A DNA stretch of 32,000 nucleotides, from positions 1 to 32,000 of the forward strand of contig CANQKT010000032.1 in NCBI GenBank assembly GCA_947624525.1, given 5' to 3'. Source of the DNA: an uncultured Clostridia bacterium (GTDB taxonomy: Bacteria; Bacillota; Clostridia; TANB77; CAG-508). Below the pieces are notes generated by a model. The model was not told the origin of the DNA. It did no database searches and saw only the letters and a program-made list of their open reading frames with translations. Positions 19,913 through 30,830 of this stretch are shown piece by piece (the stretch's first letter is position 1; each line of letters begins with the position of its first letter). Both the position numbers and the translations under genes were made by a program.

Positions 19913-19991
19913 CTTTTCATATTTTTTACCTAAAAGTGCACATAATTTTTTATCATAAAAATAAATTATTATAAATTAAATTTTTGTTAAG

Positions 19992-21332
19992 CTAATCTTT
20001 TTTATTATCCGCTAATAACAGACTTTCAACACTTTCTACAATAAGTTTAGTATTTAAATTTTCTTTTATTTCTTGTTCAATTTTTGTACATGCATGCATT
20101 ACTGTTGTATGATCCCTTTTACCGAAGTCTTTACCGATTTGAGGTAAAGACATTTGAGCAACTTTTCTACATAAATACATTGCAATTTGCCTAGGAAAAG
20201 CAATTTCATTATTTCTTTTTGAACCTCTTAAATCTTTTGCATCAATATTGAAATATTTAGCAACAGTATCCTGAACAAATTCAGCCGAAAATACTTTTTC
20301 TTGTTGAGCAATAATATCATTAATTGCTTTTTCTGCCATTTCTGCAGTTATAGGGCTATTTGTTAAAGAAGCTTTTGCAATTAATTTATTTAAAGTTCCC
20401 TCTAGCTCTCTAATATTAGAGTCTATTTTCATAGCAATATTAGATAATATTTCATCATCAATATTTATATTATCTAACTGAGCTTTCTTTCTTAAAATAG
20501 CTAAACGAGTTTCATAATCAGGTGTCTGCATGTCCGCTATAAGACCCCATTCAAATCTTGATTTTAATCTGTCTTCCAATAGTTGGATGTCTTTAGGTGG
20601 CCTATCACTAGAAAGAACAATTTGTTTTCCACTATCATGCAAGGCATTAAATGTATGGAAAAATTCTTCTTGAACACGTTCTTTTCCTGCAATAAATTGA
20701 ATATCATCAATTAATAAAACATCAATATTTCTATATTTATTTCTAAACTGTTCATTACTATTATCTTTTATGGAATTAATTAATTGATTAGTAAATTTTT
20801 CAGAAGTAACATATAAAATATTGTAATTCTTATTTTTTCTTAAAATAGCATTACCAATTGCATGCATTAAGTGAGTTTTTCCTAGACCAACTCCACCATG
20901 TAAAAACAAAGGATTATATGAGGTAGCAGGCGCTTCTGCAACAGCCAAGGCAGCAGCATGTGCAAATCTATTATAACCACCTACAACAAAAGTATCAAAA
21001 GTATATTTAGGCTTTAGTGTAGGATTTGAATTTCCTAAATTAGAACTAAAGTCAGATGATATAGAGTCATCCGATTCTATCTCATCTTTAGAAATAATAG
21101 AAACATTGCAGTCTTTGTTAGTAATAAAGTTAAAAGTATTTGTTAATAAATCGTGATAACGTGAATAAATTGCTTCTTTCTGAAAACTAGAAGAAGCAAC
21201 TAAAACTATATTACCATTTTCTGCATTTTGGATTTCAAGATTTTTTATCCATGTTTCATATGATATTTTTGTTGTCTCGTCTTTTAAAAGTTCTTTTGCT
21301 TTTGTTAAAAGTTCTTTTGCTTCATTTTGCAT
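19992..21332 (-). CDS. dnaA: Chromosomal replication initiator DnaA
   Basis: Walker A GGVGLGKTHL, Walker B LLIDDIQF, C-terminal DNA-binding region with RDHTTVMHA. Confidence 0.97.
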   Translation of the reverse strand: MQNEAKELLTKAKELLKDETTKISYETWIKNLEIQNAENGNIVLVASSSFQKEAIYSRYHDLLTNTFNFITNKDCNVSIISKDEIESDDSISSDFSSNLGNSNPTLKPKYTFDTFVVGGYNRFAHAAALAVAEAPATSYNPLFLHGGVGLGKTHLMHAIGNAILRKNKNYNILYVTSEKFTNQLINSIKDNSNEQFRNKYRNIDVLLIDDIQFIAGKERVQEEFFHTFNALHDSGKQIVLSSDRPPKDIQLLEDRLKSRFEWGLIADMQTPDYETRLAILRKKAQLDNINIDDEILSNIAMKIDSNIRELEGTLNKLIAKASLTNSPITAEMAEKAINDIIAQQEKVFSAEFVQDTVAKYFNIDAKDLRGSKRNNEIAFPRQIAMYLCRKVAQMSLPQIGKDFGKRDHTTVMHACTKIEQEIKENLNTKLIVESVESLLLADNKKD

Positions 21333-21377
21333 CTTTTTATGTCCTCCAAAACACTTGAAATAACTGGGATGTATGAG

Positions 21378-21430
21378 TTATCCACAAAGTTATCCACATA
21401 TGTTGATAAATGTCCACAACCTGTGGATAA
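21378..21430. other. oriC (upstream-of-dnaA part): DnaA-box cluster
   Basis: Perfect boxes at 21378, 21390 and 21422. Degenerate boxes at 21401 (tgtTgataa) and 21410. Confidence 0.8.
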
Positions 21431-21561
21431 CTTTTAGAAAAATTTGAAAAATTTATACGATAAATGCTAAAAAGCATACTTCCCTATTATTTTTATATAA
21501 TATCAAAAATCATCTGCAATAGTCAATAAAAATATAAAATAATTTTTAATTAATTTATGTA

Positions 21562-21591
21562 TTGACATAAGTACACAATTTGTTGTATAAT
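21562..21591 (+). promoter_or_regulatory. rpmH promoter (TTGACA-18-TATAAT)
   Basis: TTGACA at 21562-21567 and TATAAT at 21586-21591. Confidence 0.5.
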
Positions 21592-21666
21592 TGTAACGCT
21601 AATGAAAAATTTGAAATATTCCGTTTACGGTTATTTATATAAAACAATAGGAGGTGCAAATTAATT

Positions 21667-21801
21667 ATGAAAAGAACATTCCAACCAAAAAATAGACAAA
21701 GAATGAAAGAACATGGTTTCTTAAAAAGAATGAGCACAAAATCTGGAAGAAATGTGTTAAAAGCTAGACGTGCTAAAGGAAGAAAGAAAATATGTGCTTA
21801 A
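21667..21801 (+). CDS. rpmH: 50S ribosomal protein L34
   Basis: Not in the ORF track (44 aa): [53 protein letters not shown] lies upstream. Confidence 0.95.
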   Translation: MKRTFQPKNRQRMKEHGFLKRMSTKSGRNVLKARRAKGRKKICA

Positions 21802-21803
21802 AT

Positions 21804-21834
21804 AAAGCCACTTAAAAATTGTGTGGCTTTTTTT
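21804..21834 (+). terminator. rpmH terminator
   Basis: Stem aaagccac / gtggcttt followed by a T-run. Confidence 0.7.
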
Positions 21835-21909
21835 AGCTAAAAAACAAATTTGCTTAGGGCGGAAATAAATCCGCCCATTATTGAAAATATTTTTAAAAAA
21901 GAGTGAAAT

Positions 21910-22257
21910 ATGAAAAAATTAAATACCTTAAAAAAGAATTATGAATTTAGAAATGTTTTAACCAAAGGAAAGTATTATCAAGGAAAATATATGACCATCT
22001 ATGTAAAGAAAAATAATTCCAATAAAAATATTATAGGAATAGCAATCAATACAAAATTAGGGAAAGCAGTAAAAAGAAATGCTGTAAAAAGACTAATAAG
22101 AGAAAATTATAGACTTGTAAAGGATGAGCTTTTATTAGGGAATAGTATAGTATTCTTATGGAACAGAAATGTTGATTTAAAAGAAGCAGACTTCTTTAAA
22201 ATAAAAAATGAAATGTTAAATATTTTCCAAAGCGCAAAACTATTGAAAAATAAATAG
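21910..22257 (+). CDS. rnpA: RNase P protein component
   Basis: 115 aa, basic. Motif GKAVKRNAVKRLIRE. Conserved position after rpmH. Confidence 0.9.
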   Translation: MKKLNTLKKNYEFRNVLTKGKYYQGKYMTIYVKKNNSNKNIIGIAINTKLGKAVKRNAVKRLIRENYRLVKDELLLGNSIVFLWNRNVDLKEADFFKIKNEMLNIFQSAKLLKNK

Positions 22258-22265
22258 GTAAAAAA

Positions 22266-22484
22266 ATGAAAAAAATAATAATTAAATTATTAAAAATATA
22301 TAAAAAAAATATATCTCCGGTGATTTCAAATTGTGGTATACACTGCAAATTTTATCCAACATGTTCAGAATATATGGTACAAGCTATAGAAAAATATGGA
22401 GTGATAAAAGGAATTTTACTGGGGACAAAAAGATTATTAAAGTGTAATCCATTCTCTAAAGGTGGATATGATCCTTTAAAATAA
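22266..22484 (+). CDS. yidD: Membrane protein insertion efficiency factor YidD
   Basis: 72 aa. Motifs CKFYPTCSEY and GGYDP. Confidence 0.9.
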   Translation: MKKIIIKLLKIYKKNISPVISNCGIHCKFYPTCSEYMVQAIEKYGVIKGILLGTKRLLKCNPFSKGGYDPLK

Positions 22485-22499
22485 TAGGGAGGAAATTAA

Positions 22500-23675
22500 A
22501 TGTTTGCATTTATATCAAATATTTTCGGTTATTTACTTAATTTTTTATATGGATTATTAAATAATAATTTTGGTATTGCAATAATTGTTTTTTCAATATT
22601 GCTTAGATTGATATTATTACCAATAACTATAAAACAACAAAGATCAATGAAAAAGACTACCAAAATCCAAGGTGAAATTAAAAATTTGCAAATTAAATAT
22701 AAAAATAATCCAGAGATGTTGAATAAAGAAACTATGGAATTATATAAGAGAGAAAATATATCTCCTTTCAGTGGATGCTTAAGTGCAATAGTTCAAATAC
22801 TTATAATATTATCTGTTTTTTATTTAGTCAGTCAACCACTTACATATATGAAAAAAGCTAATGATAGTAATCCAGAATTAAAAGCTGTAGTTGAGGAATA
22901 TAAAAAAGAAATTTCTGAAAGTAGTAATAATAGAACTAGATATTTAGAAATAGCAACAATAGCTCGTATAAGACAGGATTATGATAATATAAATGAAAAA
23001 ATAAATAATTATGATGAAAAAAATACAAACAATAATGTTGAAAATATAGAAAATACTGAGAATATAGAAAATACAGAAAATTCACAAAATAATGAAACAA
23101 CAGATATAAATAATGATACAGTAGATACAGTAAATGAAGAAATGAATAATAATTCTGAAAACACAGAAAATGTTGAAAATACGCAAAATATTGAATATGT
23201 TGAAAATACTAATAATTCAGAAACTAATGGAGAAACAGAAAATATTGAAAGTATTGAAGAATTACAAAATAAAAAATCCGTACTTGAAAAATTAAATATT
23301 AATATGGAATTCTTAGGTTTAGATTTGAGTAAAGTGCCAAATGAAAATTTAACGGATTATAAAGTATATATAATTCCAATTTTATATGTAATATCATCAT
23401 TTATATCAATAAAATTGACTACAAATATGCAAAATAAAGAAAATAAAGAAAATAATAAACAAAAAGATAAAGAAAAGAATGAAAATGAAATTGACACTAT
23501 GGCTCAAATGAATAAAAGCATGTCATATTTTATGCCTATAATGGCAGTATCAATTGCATTTATAGCACCTTTAGGATTAGCATTATATTGGTTTGTAAGC
23601 AATGCATTAATGATTGCTGAAAGATTTATTATCAAAAAAATAATAGATAATAAGGAGGGTGAAGAAAATGCCTAA
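22500..23675 (+). CDS. yidC: YidC/Oxa1-family membrane insertase with large low-complexity insertions
   Basis: Conserved TM core (LLPITIKQQ.., FLGLDLS, ALYWFVSN). About 95 aa of N/E/T-rich repeats in the loop after the second core TM. Confidence 0.88.
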   Translation: MFAFISNIFGYLLNFLYGLLNNNFGIAIIVFSILLRLILLPITIKQQRSMKKTTKIQGEIKNLQIKYKNNPEMLNKETMELYKRENISPFSGCLSAIVQILIILSVFYLVSQPLTYMKKANDSNPELKAVVEEYKKEISESSNNRTRYLEIATIARIRQDYDNINEKINNYDEKNTNNNVENIENTENIENTENSQNNETTDINNDTVDTVNEEMNNNSENTENVENTQNIEYVENTNNSETNGETENIESIEELQNKKSVLEKLNINMEFLGLDLSKVPNENLTDYKVYIIPILYVISSFISIKLTTNMQNKENKENNKQKDKEKNENEIDTMAQMNKSMSYFMPIMAVSIAFIAPLGLALYWFVSNALMIAERFIIKKIIDNKEGEENA

Positions 23676-24381
23676 AAGTATAATATCCGAAGGAAGAACG
23701 ACAAATGAAGCAATTGAAAAAGGTTTAAAAGAATTAAATGTTACTAAAAATATGGTGGATATAAAAGTATTAGAAAATGAAGAAAAAAGAAGTTTCTTCA
23801 GTATATTAGCACCAAGAGTTGTTAAGGTTGAATTAACATTAAGAGAAAATCAAAATAATAATATTGAAAAAAAGGAAAATAAAGAAAAACTTGAGAAAAA
23901 AGAAGAAAGAAATATTGATATAAAAGACTTAGAAGTTGCTAAAACAAATATAAAAGAATTTCTAGATAATTTTTTGAATAATAGTACACAAAAAAATTAT
24001 AATTGCGAAATTGAAATTATAGATCAAAATATTCAAGTTAATATTACTGGTGATGATTTAGGATTTTTAATTGGTTATAGAGGTGACGTATTAAATTCAA
24101 TTCAAACTATATTATCATCTATAGCAAATAAAAATATTAATTCAAAAATTAGAGTAATTTTAGATATAGAAAATTACAGAAATAAAAGAAAAGGCGTTTT
24201 AGAAGCTTTAGCTGTTAAAGTAGCAAAAACAGTATCAAAAACTGGAAAAAAAGTCACACTTGAGCCAATGAGTGCATATGAAAGAAAAATAATTCACACT
24301 AAATTACAAGATAGTAAAAATGTAATAACACATAGTATAGGAGAAGAACCAAACAGGAGAGTTGTTATTTCAAAAAAATAA
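23668..24381 (+). CDS. jag: Jag/KhpB RNA-binding protein (KH + R3H)
   Basis: C-terminal R3H context ERKIIHTKL. AAGGAGGG SD lies before the ATG at 23668; the track start at 23659 is a GTG inside the SD. Confidence 0.85.
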   Translation: MPKSIISEGRTTNEAIEKGLKELNVTKNMVDIKVLENEEKRSFFSILAPRVVKVELTLRENQNNNIEKKENKEKLEKKEERNIDIKDLEVAKTNIKEFLDNFLNNSTQKNYNCEIEIIDQNIQVNITGDDLGFLIGYRGDVLNSIQTILSSIANKNINSKIRVILDIENYRNKRKGVLEALAVKVAKTVSKTGKKVTLEPMSAYERKIIHTKLQDSKNVITHSIGEEPNRRVVISKK

Positions 24382-24479
24382 ATATTAAAATCAGAAGTCA
24401 AAGTTCAGATTTTAGTTTTAGTTTCGTCTTAAACTGATTTCGTACTTTGACTTTGTTTAATATTGAGAAAGGAGAAAAA

Positions 24480-25853
24480 ATGAGTACTATAGCTGCAATA
24501 TCTACGGCAACAAGTAATGGAGGAATTGGTATAATCAGAATGAGTGGAAAAAATAGCTTTGAAATTTTAAATAAAATTTTTGTTCCTTTTAGTAAAACAA
24601 AAAATCAAATAAAAGGATATTCGATTAAATTTGGTTATATAATTGATCCAAAAACAAAAGAAAAAATAGATGAAGTTCTTGTATCATTTTTTATTGGTCC
24701 CAAAAGTTACACTACTGAAAATATGTGTGAAATAAATTCACATGGAGGTTTGGTAATTGAAAAGAAAATATTGCAATTATGTATAGAAAATGGAGCTGAA
24801 CTTGCTGAACCGGGTGAGTTTACTAAAAGAGCTTTTTTAAATGGAAGGATTGATTTAACACAAGCAGAGTCTGTAATTGATTTAATAAATTCTAAAAACG
24901 ACAATGAAGCTAAAGCTTCAATAAATCAATTAGAAGGTAGTTTGTCAAGGAAAATAAGAGATATAAGAGATAAATTATTAGATGTAATGGCTGATATTGA
25001 GGCAAATATTGATTATCCAGAGTATGATATAGAGGAAGTAACAAATATAAAAATAAAAAAAGTTTTAAATGATATAAAGAGTGATTTACTGAAATTAGTT
25101 GACACTTTTGAAAATGGTAAACTACTAAAAGAAGGAGTAAAAACCATAATTTTAGGAAAGCCAAATGCCGGAAAATCATCTCTTCTAAATGCTATTTTAG
25201 AAGAGGATAGAGCAATAGTAAGTGAATATGCCGGAACAACAAGAGATACAATAGAAGAATTTGTTAATATAAAAGGTATTTCTTTAAAATTAATAGATAC
25301 AGCTGGAATTAGACATACTGATGATAGAATAGAAGAAATAGGTGTTCAAAAAGCTCTAAAATTATCTCAAGATGCAGATTTAATTATTGCGATTTTTGAC
25401 GGCTCAAAGGAACTGGATAAAGAAGATTTAGAAATTTTAAATATTATAAAAGATAAAAAGTCTATAGTATTACTTAATAAAAAGGATTTAGGTGATATAA
25501 AATTAGAGAATAGGGAAGTAATTAAAAATTCATGTAATAATATTATAAAAATATCTGCAAAAAATAAAGAAGGAATAGAAGATATTTATAATATGATTTC
25601 AAATATGTTTAATAATAATGAAATAAGTATGAATGATGGTGTTATTATAACTAATATTAGACATAAAAATCAAATTGATAAAGCAATTAATAGCATTAAT
25701 GAAGCTATTGAAGCTAATGAAAATGGACTTCCAATAGATATTGTGAGTATTCCTATAAAACAAGTTTTAAACGATTTATCTGCAATTACAGGGGAAGATG
25801 TTTCAGAAGATATTATTAATGAAATATTCTCTAAATTTTGTTTAGGAAAATAA
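24480..25853 (+). CDS. mnmE: tRNA modification GTPase MnmE
   Basis: N-terminus MSTIAAIST..GGIGIIRMSG. G-domain motifs GKPNAGKSSLLN and DTAGIR. C-terminal FCLGK. GAAAGGAG SD lies before the ATG at 24480. Confidence 0.95.
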   Translation: MSTIAAISTATSNGGIGIIRMSGKNSFEILNKIFVPFSKTKNQIKGYSIKFGYIIDPKTKEKIDEVLVSFFIGPKSYTTENMCEINSHGGLVIEKKILQLCIENGAELAEPGEFTKRAFLNGRIDLTQAESVIDLINSKNDNEAKASINQLEGSLSRKIRDIRDKLLDVMADIEANIDYPEYDIEEVTNIKIKKVLNDIKSDLLKLVDTFENGKLLKEGVKTIILGKPNAGKSSLLNAILEEDRAIVSEYAGTTRDTIEEFVNIKGISLKLIDTAGIRHTDDRIEEIGVQKALKLSQDADLIIAIFDGSKELDKEDLEILNIIKDKKSIVLLNKKDLGDIKLENREVIKNSCNNIIKISAKNKEGIEDIYNMISNMFNNNEISMNDGVIITNIRHKNQIDKAINSINEAIEANENGLPIDIVSIPIKQVLNDLSAITGEDVSEDIINEIFSKFCLGK

Positions 25854-25999
25854 GAACATACGTATATGCCTAATAAATAAAAACCTCTTAAAAACGAATT
25901 TAAGAGCAATTAAAAACAATTAATATATAAATAATAAATAATGAAATAAAACACAACAAACAAATTATGTAAACAAAAACCAAAAAAGGAGTAATAGTA

Positions 26000-27892
26000 A
26001 TGAGTTATAATGCAGGAAAATATGATATAGCAGTTATCGGCGCTGGGCATGCAGGATGCGAAGCTGCATTAGCAGCAGCAAGAATGGGAATGAAAACTTT
26101 GTTATTTTCAATTAGCTTAGAGGCAGTGGCAAACATGCCTTGTAATCCTCATATTGGAGGTAGTTCTAAAGGTCATTTAGTTAGAGAAATTGATTGTTTA
26201 GGAGGTGAAATGGCCAAGAACATTGATAAAACACTTATACAGTTAAGAATGTTAAATACTTCCAAAGGACCGGCTGTGTATTCTCTAAGAGCTCAAGCTG
26301 ATAGAAAAATGTATCAAATGGAAATGAAACATACCCTAGAAAAACAAGAAAATCTATATTTAAAACAAGCAGAGATAGTTGATATTCAAGTTGAGGAGGG
26401 CAAGGTTAAAGCTATAGAAACAAATATCGGTGCAATATATGAAGTTGATTCAATTATTGTTGCCACAGGTACTTATTTAAAAGGAAAAATACATATAGGA
26501 GAAGTATCTTTTGAAAGTGGTCCAGATGGTGTATTTCCTTCAATAAAATTATCATCTGCACTAAAAAAATTAGGAATTGAACTATTGAGATTTAAGACCG
26601 GAACACCAGCTAGAATTAATAGAAAAAGTGTTGATTTTTCAAAGATGGAAATACAGGAAGGTGATAGTAATTTAACAGCATTTTCTTTTGAAGATGAGTT
26701 AGATGAAAAAATAGAACAACTACCTTGTTATTTAACATATACAAATAGTAAAACACATGAAGTTATAAGAAAAAATTTACATCGTTCTCCATTATATTCA
26801 GGAAAAATAGAAGGAACAGGTCCAAGATACTGTCCATCAATTGAAGATAAAGTAGTACGTTTTGCAGACAAGGAAAGACATCAAATTTTTATTGAACCAA
26901 TGGGAAGAAATACCGATGAAATGTATGTTCAGGGGATGAGTTCATCTTTACCAGAAGATGTTCAACTTGAAATGTATAGAACCATTGCAGGCCTAGAAAA
27001 TGTTGAATTTACAAGACCTGCATATGCAATTGAGTATGATTGTATAAATCCATTGGAATTGAAATTAAGTCTAGAACATAAAAAAATACAAAATTTATTT
27101 TTTGCAGGGCAGATTAATGGTACTTCAGGGTATGAGGAAGCAGCATCACAGGGAATTATTGCAGGAATAAATTCTGCTTTGAAATTAAAAGGTAAAGAAC
27201 CTATTATATTGGATAGATCACAAGCTTATATCGGTGTTCTAATTGATGATATAATAACAAAAGGAACAAATGAACCCTATAGAATGATGACATCAAGAGC
27301 TGAATATAGACTGCTTTTAAGACAGGATAATACAGATTTAAGATTGACTGATATAGGTTATGAAGTTGGTTTGATTTCTGAAGAAAGATATAGAAATTTC
27401 TGTCAAAAAAGAGAAAATATTAAGAATGAAATTGAGCGTTTAGGAAAAACTATTATAAAACCTACAAATGAGGTAAATGAATTCTTAAGGAAAAATACTT
27501 CATCTGAAATTTCTGGAGGAATAAAATTAATTGATTTATTAAAAAGAAGTGAATTAAATTACGAAAAATTAAAGGAAATTGATAAAGATAGACCAATTTT
27601 AAGTAAGATAGAAGCCGAAGAAGTAGAAATTCAAGTTAAATATGAAGGATATATAAAACTTCAAGAAGCTCAAGTCGAAAAATTCAAAAAACTTGAAAAT
27701 AAAAAAATACCAGAGGATATTATATATGCGAATATAAAGGGATTACGTCTAGAAGCAAGACAAAAATTAGATAAAATAAGACCAATTTCTATAGGACAAG
27801 CTGCTAGAATATCAGGCGTTTCACCTGCAGATGTAAATGTATTGCACATTTATATTGAGCAAGAAAAAAATAAATCTAGTAAAAAAGAATAA
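26000..27892 (+). CDS. mnmG: tRNA uridine 5-carboxymethylaminomethyl modification enzyme MnmG
   Basis: FAD fold [12 protein letters not shown]. 630 aa. Conserved mnmE-mnmG-rsmG order. Confidence 0.97.
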   Translation: MSYNAGKYDIAVIGAGHAGCEAALAAARMGMKTLLFSISLEAVANMPCNPHIGGSSKGHLVREIDCLGGEMAKNIDKTLIQLRMLNTSKGPAVYSLRAQADRKMYQMEMKHTLEKQENLYLKQAEIVDIQVEEGKVKAIETNIGAIYEVDSIIVATGTYLKGKIHIGEVSFESGPDGVFPSIKLSSALKKLGIELLRFKTGTPARINRKSVDFSKMEIQEGDSNLTAFSFEDELDEKIEQLPCYLTYTNSKTHEVIRKNLHRSPLYSGKIEGTGPRYCPSIEDKVVRFADKERHQIFIEPMGRNTDEMYVQGMSSSLPEDVQLEMYRTIAGLENVEFTRPAYAIEYDCINPLELKLSLEHKKIQNLFFAGQINGTSGYEEAASQGIIAGINSALKLKGKEPIILDRSQAYIGVLIDDIITKGTNEPYRMMTSRAEYRLLLRQDNTDLRLTDIGYEVGLISEERYRNFCQKRENIKNEIERLGKTIIKPTNEVNEFLRKNTSSEISGGIKLIDLLKRSELNYEKLKEIDKDRPILSKIEAEEVEIQVKYEGYIKLQEAQVEKFKKLENKKIPEDIIYANIKGLRLEARQKLDKIRPISIGQAARISGVSPADVNVLHIYIEQEKNKSSKKE

Positions 27893-27977
27893 AGCGAAAT
27901 AAAGGAATAAAAAAATAATCGATTATTTATGAGCAAAATCGTTAAAAAAACTCAAATTTAATATGTAAGGAAAGTTT

Positions 27978-28700
27978 ATGGAATATAATGAATTTATAAA
28001 TAATTTAAAAAATAATGCGAAAAAAATAAATGTAGATATTACAGATAAACAAGCCATTAAATTTTATGAATATATGAATGTATTGCTAGAGTGGAATGAA
28101 AAAATTAATCTGACAGCAATTACAAATCCAAAAGATGTTATAATAAAGCATTTTATTGATTCTATAACAATAGAGAAATACTTGCCAAAAGATGCAAGTA
28201 TAATAGATATTGGAACTGGTGCAGGATTCCCGGGAATCCCTGTTAAAATAATTAGAGATGATTTATCTATAACATTAATGGACTCATTAAATAAAAGAAT
28301 AAATTTCTTAAATGAAGTTATTGATAAAATTGATTTACAAAGCATAAAGGCAGTTCATTCAAGGGCTGAAGAACTTGCGAAAAACAAGCAATTTAGAGAA
28401 AAATATGATGTAGCAACATCTAGAGCTGTAGCTCCTTTAAATGTTTTGCTGGAATATATGTTACCTTTTGTAAAAGTCGGAGGATATTGCATTTGTATGA
28501 AAGGCTCAAACATAGATGAAGAAGTAAAAAATGCAAAAGGTGCTTTAAAAATTTTAAAAGGTGAAATTGAGGAGGTTCAATCTTTTAATCTTCCAGAAAG
28601 TGATTATGGTAGAAATATCATAATAGTAAAGAAATTAGATAATACTCCTAATGCTTATCCTAGAAAAGCTGGAACTCCTTCTAAAGAGCCGTTGGTTTGA
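27978..28700 (+). CDS. rsmG: 16S rRNA (guanine527-N7)-methyltransferase RsmG
   Basis: SAM motif DIGTGAGFPGIP. 240 aa. Confidence 0.93.
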   Translation: MEYNEFINNLKNNAKKINVDITDKQAIKFYEYMNVLLEWNEKINLTAITNPKDVIIKHFIDSITIEKYLPKDASIIDIGTGAGFPGIPVKIIRDDLSITLMDSLNKRINFLNEVIDKIDLQSIKAVHSRAEELAKNKQFREKYDVATSRAVAPLNVLLEYMLPFVKVGGYCICMKGSNIDEEVKNAKGALKILKGEIEEVQSFNLPESDYGRNIIIVKKLDNTPNAYPRKAGTPSKEPLV

Positions 28701-28702
28701 AG

Positions 28703-28741
28703 AAACACTGAAAAAGTAATTAGTACTTTTTCAGTGTTTTT
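28703..28741 (+). terminator. rsmG terminator
   Basis: 16-bp stem aaacactgaaaaagta / tactttttcagtgttt followed by a T-run. Confidence 0.8.
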
Positions 28742-28927
28742 CTTAAATGTGTATATGTAATATTGTGATTTTTATTTTTTTAATTGAATTATTGATGGAA
28801 TTATTGTAAAAATAGCTCATTATGGTAATCCGTTTTATGTGAAACTGAAATTTCTTAAAAATTATATTGACATATTTAAAAACATTATATATTATATATT
28901 GTGAGAAAAAAGATGGAGGTCTTTGGC

Positions 28928-29710
28928 ATGGGAAAAATAATTTCAGTAGCTAATCAAAAAGGTGGAGTCGGAAAGACTACAACCGCAGTTAATTTAAGCG
29001 CTTCACTTGCAAAAAAAGGTAAAAAAGTATTGCTAATTGATACAGATCCTCAAGGCAATGCTACTAGTGGAGTGGGAGTAGATAAATCTGTTCAATTTTC
29101 AGTATATGATATTTTAGTAGATGGAATAGAAGTTGAAAATACTATACAAAACACAGATGTTAAAAATCTGGAAGTATGTCCATCTAACATTAATTTAGCT
29201 GGTGCTGAAGTGCAACTCGTATCAGTAAAAGAAAGAGAATACAGACTAAAGGAAAAAATTGACAAAATCAAAGATAACTATGATTATGTTATTATAGATT
29301 GTCCACCATCATTGGGAATTGTAACATTAAATGCATTTACTGCATCAGATAGTGTTTTAATTCCAATTCAATGCGAATATTATGCATTAGAAGGATTGGG
29401 ACAACTTATAAATACGATTAATTTAGTAAAAAAAAGAATGAATAAAAGTCTATCAATAGAAGGAGCTTTGCTTACAATGTATGATGCAAGAACAAATTTA
29501 TCAAATCAAGTAGTAAAAGAAGTAAAGAATTACTTTGATGATAAAGTATATAAGACAGTAATACCAAGGAATGTAAAGCTAAGTGAAGCACCAAGCTATG
29601 GAATGCCTATATGTATGTATGATGCACGTTCAAAAGGATCAAAATGTTATGAAAAGTTTACTAAAGAATTTATAAAAATTAATGAGGCAAAAGGAAGACA
29701 CATGAAATAG
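28928..29710 (+). CDS. soj: Chromosome partitioning ATPase ParA/Soj
   Basis: Deviant Walker A NQKGGVGKTTT. GGAGG lies 8 nt before the ATG at 28928; the track start at 28901 is a GTG. Confidence 0.93.
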   Translation: MGKIISVANQKGGVGKTTTAVNLSASLAKKGKKVLLIDTDPQGNATSGVGVDKSVQFSVYDILVDGIEVENTIQNTDVKNLEVCPSNINLAGAEVQLVSVKEREYRLKEKIDKIKDNYDYVIIDCPPSLGIVTLNAFTASDSVLIPIQCEYYALEGLGQLINTINLVKKRMNKSLSIEGALLTMYDARTNLSNQVVKEVKNYFDDKVYKTVIPRNVKLSEAPSYGMPICMYDARSKGSKCYEKFTKEFIKINEAKGRHMK

Positions 29711-29725
29711 AAAAGGAGGAGTATC

Positions 29726-30595
29726 ATGGCCAAAAAAACAGGTTTAGGAAAGGGTTTAGGAGCATTATTTAATGATAGTATGCTAGATGATGAAGATGAA
29801 AACAAGGTTGACATAAAAGAGGGAGAAGAAATAGTACATAAAATAAAATTAATAGACATTGAGCCAAATAAAAATCAACCAAGAAGAACTTTTGATAATG
29901 AAAGTATAGATGAATTAGCAGAATCTATAAAAAGGTATGGAATTATTCAACCAATTATTGTAAATAAGAAAGATAAATATTATGAAATCGTTGCTGGTGA
30001 AAGGCGTTGGAGAGCTGCTAAAAAAGCTGGGCTAGAGGAAATTCCTTGTATAGTAAGAGAGGATACTGAAAGAAAAAACAAGGAGATTGCTTTGATTGAA
30101 AATATTCAAAGAGAGGACTTAAATGCCATAGAAAAAGCTAAAAGTTTTAGGGAATTGTTGGATGAGTATGGGATGACACAAGCAGAGTTGGCTGAAACTC
30201 TAGGAATGAGTAGAAGTGCATTAACAAATACAGTAAGGTTATTAAATTTGGATCCAAGAGTTTCTGAATTGGTTGTACAACGAAAATTGACGGAAGGACA
30301 TGCTAGGTCATTATTGTGTTATGATGATCCAGATAAGCAATATCAAGCAGCATTGGAAATTATAGAAAAAGGGCAGTCAGTTAGAATAATTGAAAATAAG
30401 GTGAAAAATAAGAAAAAGGCTCAGAAAATTGATCCGAAGTATAATGCAATTATAGAGGACATAGAAGATACTTTTCAGGGATATTTTGGAACAAAAGTTA
30501 GTTTACAAGCTGGTAAGAGAAGTGGAAAAATAATTATACAATATTCATCAAATGAGGATCTTGAGAGAATTATGGATTTAGTGAAAAACAAATAA
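29726..30595 (+). CDS. spo0J: Chromosome partitioning protein ParB/Spo0J
   Basis: ParB box IVAGERRWRAA. HTH MTQAELAETLGMSRSALTN. Confidence 0.93.
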   Translation: MAKKTGLGKGLGALFNDSMLDDEDENKVDIKEGEEIVHKIKLIDIEPNKNQPRRTFDNESIDELAESIKRYGIIQPIIVNKKDKYYEIVAGERRWRAAKKAGLEEIPCIVREDTERKNKEIALIENIQREDLNAIEKAKSFRELLDEYGMTQAELAETLGMSRSALTNTVRLLNLDPRVSELVVQRKLTEGHARSLLCYDDPDKQYQAALEIIEKGQSVRIIENKVKNKKKAQKIDPKYNAIIEDIEDTFQGYFGTKVSLQAGKRSGKIIIQYSSNEDLERIMDLVKNK

Positions 30596-30749
30596 TTGTT
30601 TTTAGAGAAATGCGGTGAATCCGCAAGTAAATTATATGAAATGATAGAGGTTTTTTGGGAGGGGTGTATAAAAAGATATATAAATGTAAAATAAACGTGA
30701 GATATATGTTTCCGTAGGGGGCAAGGTCGATTGTGCTGGTTTGGCGTGG

Positions 30750-30777
30750 TTGACTTTGCTTTTTATATTGTTAAAAT
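30750..30777 (+). promoter_or_regulatory. Candidate promoter of the downstream surface-protein gene (TTGACT-16-TGtTAAAAT)
   Basis: TTGACT at 30750-30755, 16-nt spacer, extended -10 TGt TAAAAT at 30769-30777. It would give a leader of about 360 nt. Confidence 0.45.
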
Positions 30778-30830
30778 AAGGGTAGATGTGATGTTTTTAT
30801 TTGGTTTTGCTTTTGCTTTTGCAGGGGGCC

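Noticed and set aside
21555-21737. 60-aa minus-strand ORF
   Set aside because: It overlaps the rpmH promoter and the clearly real L34 gene on the opposite strand.
28831-28846. parS-like sequence cgttttatgtgaaact upstream of parA
   Set aside because: It has 4 mismatches to the 16-bp consensus TGTTNCACGTGAAACA, and only the right half-site is good. I found no convincing parS elsewhere in the window.
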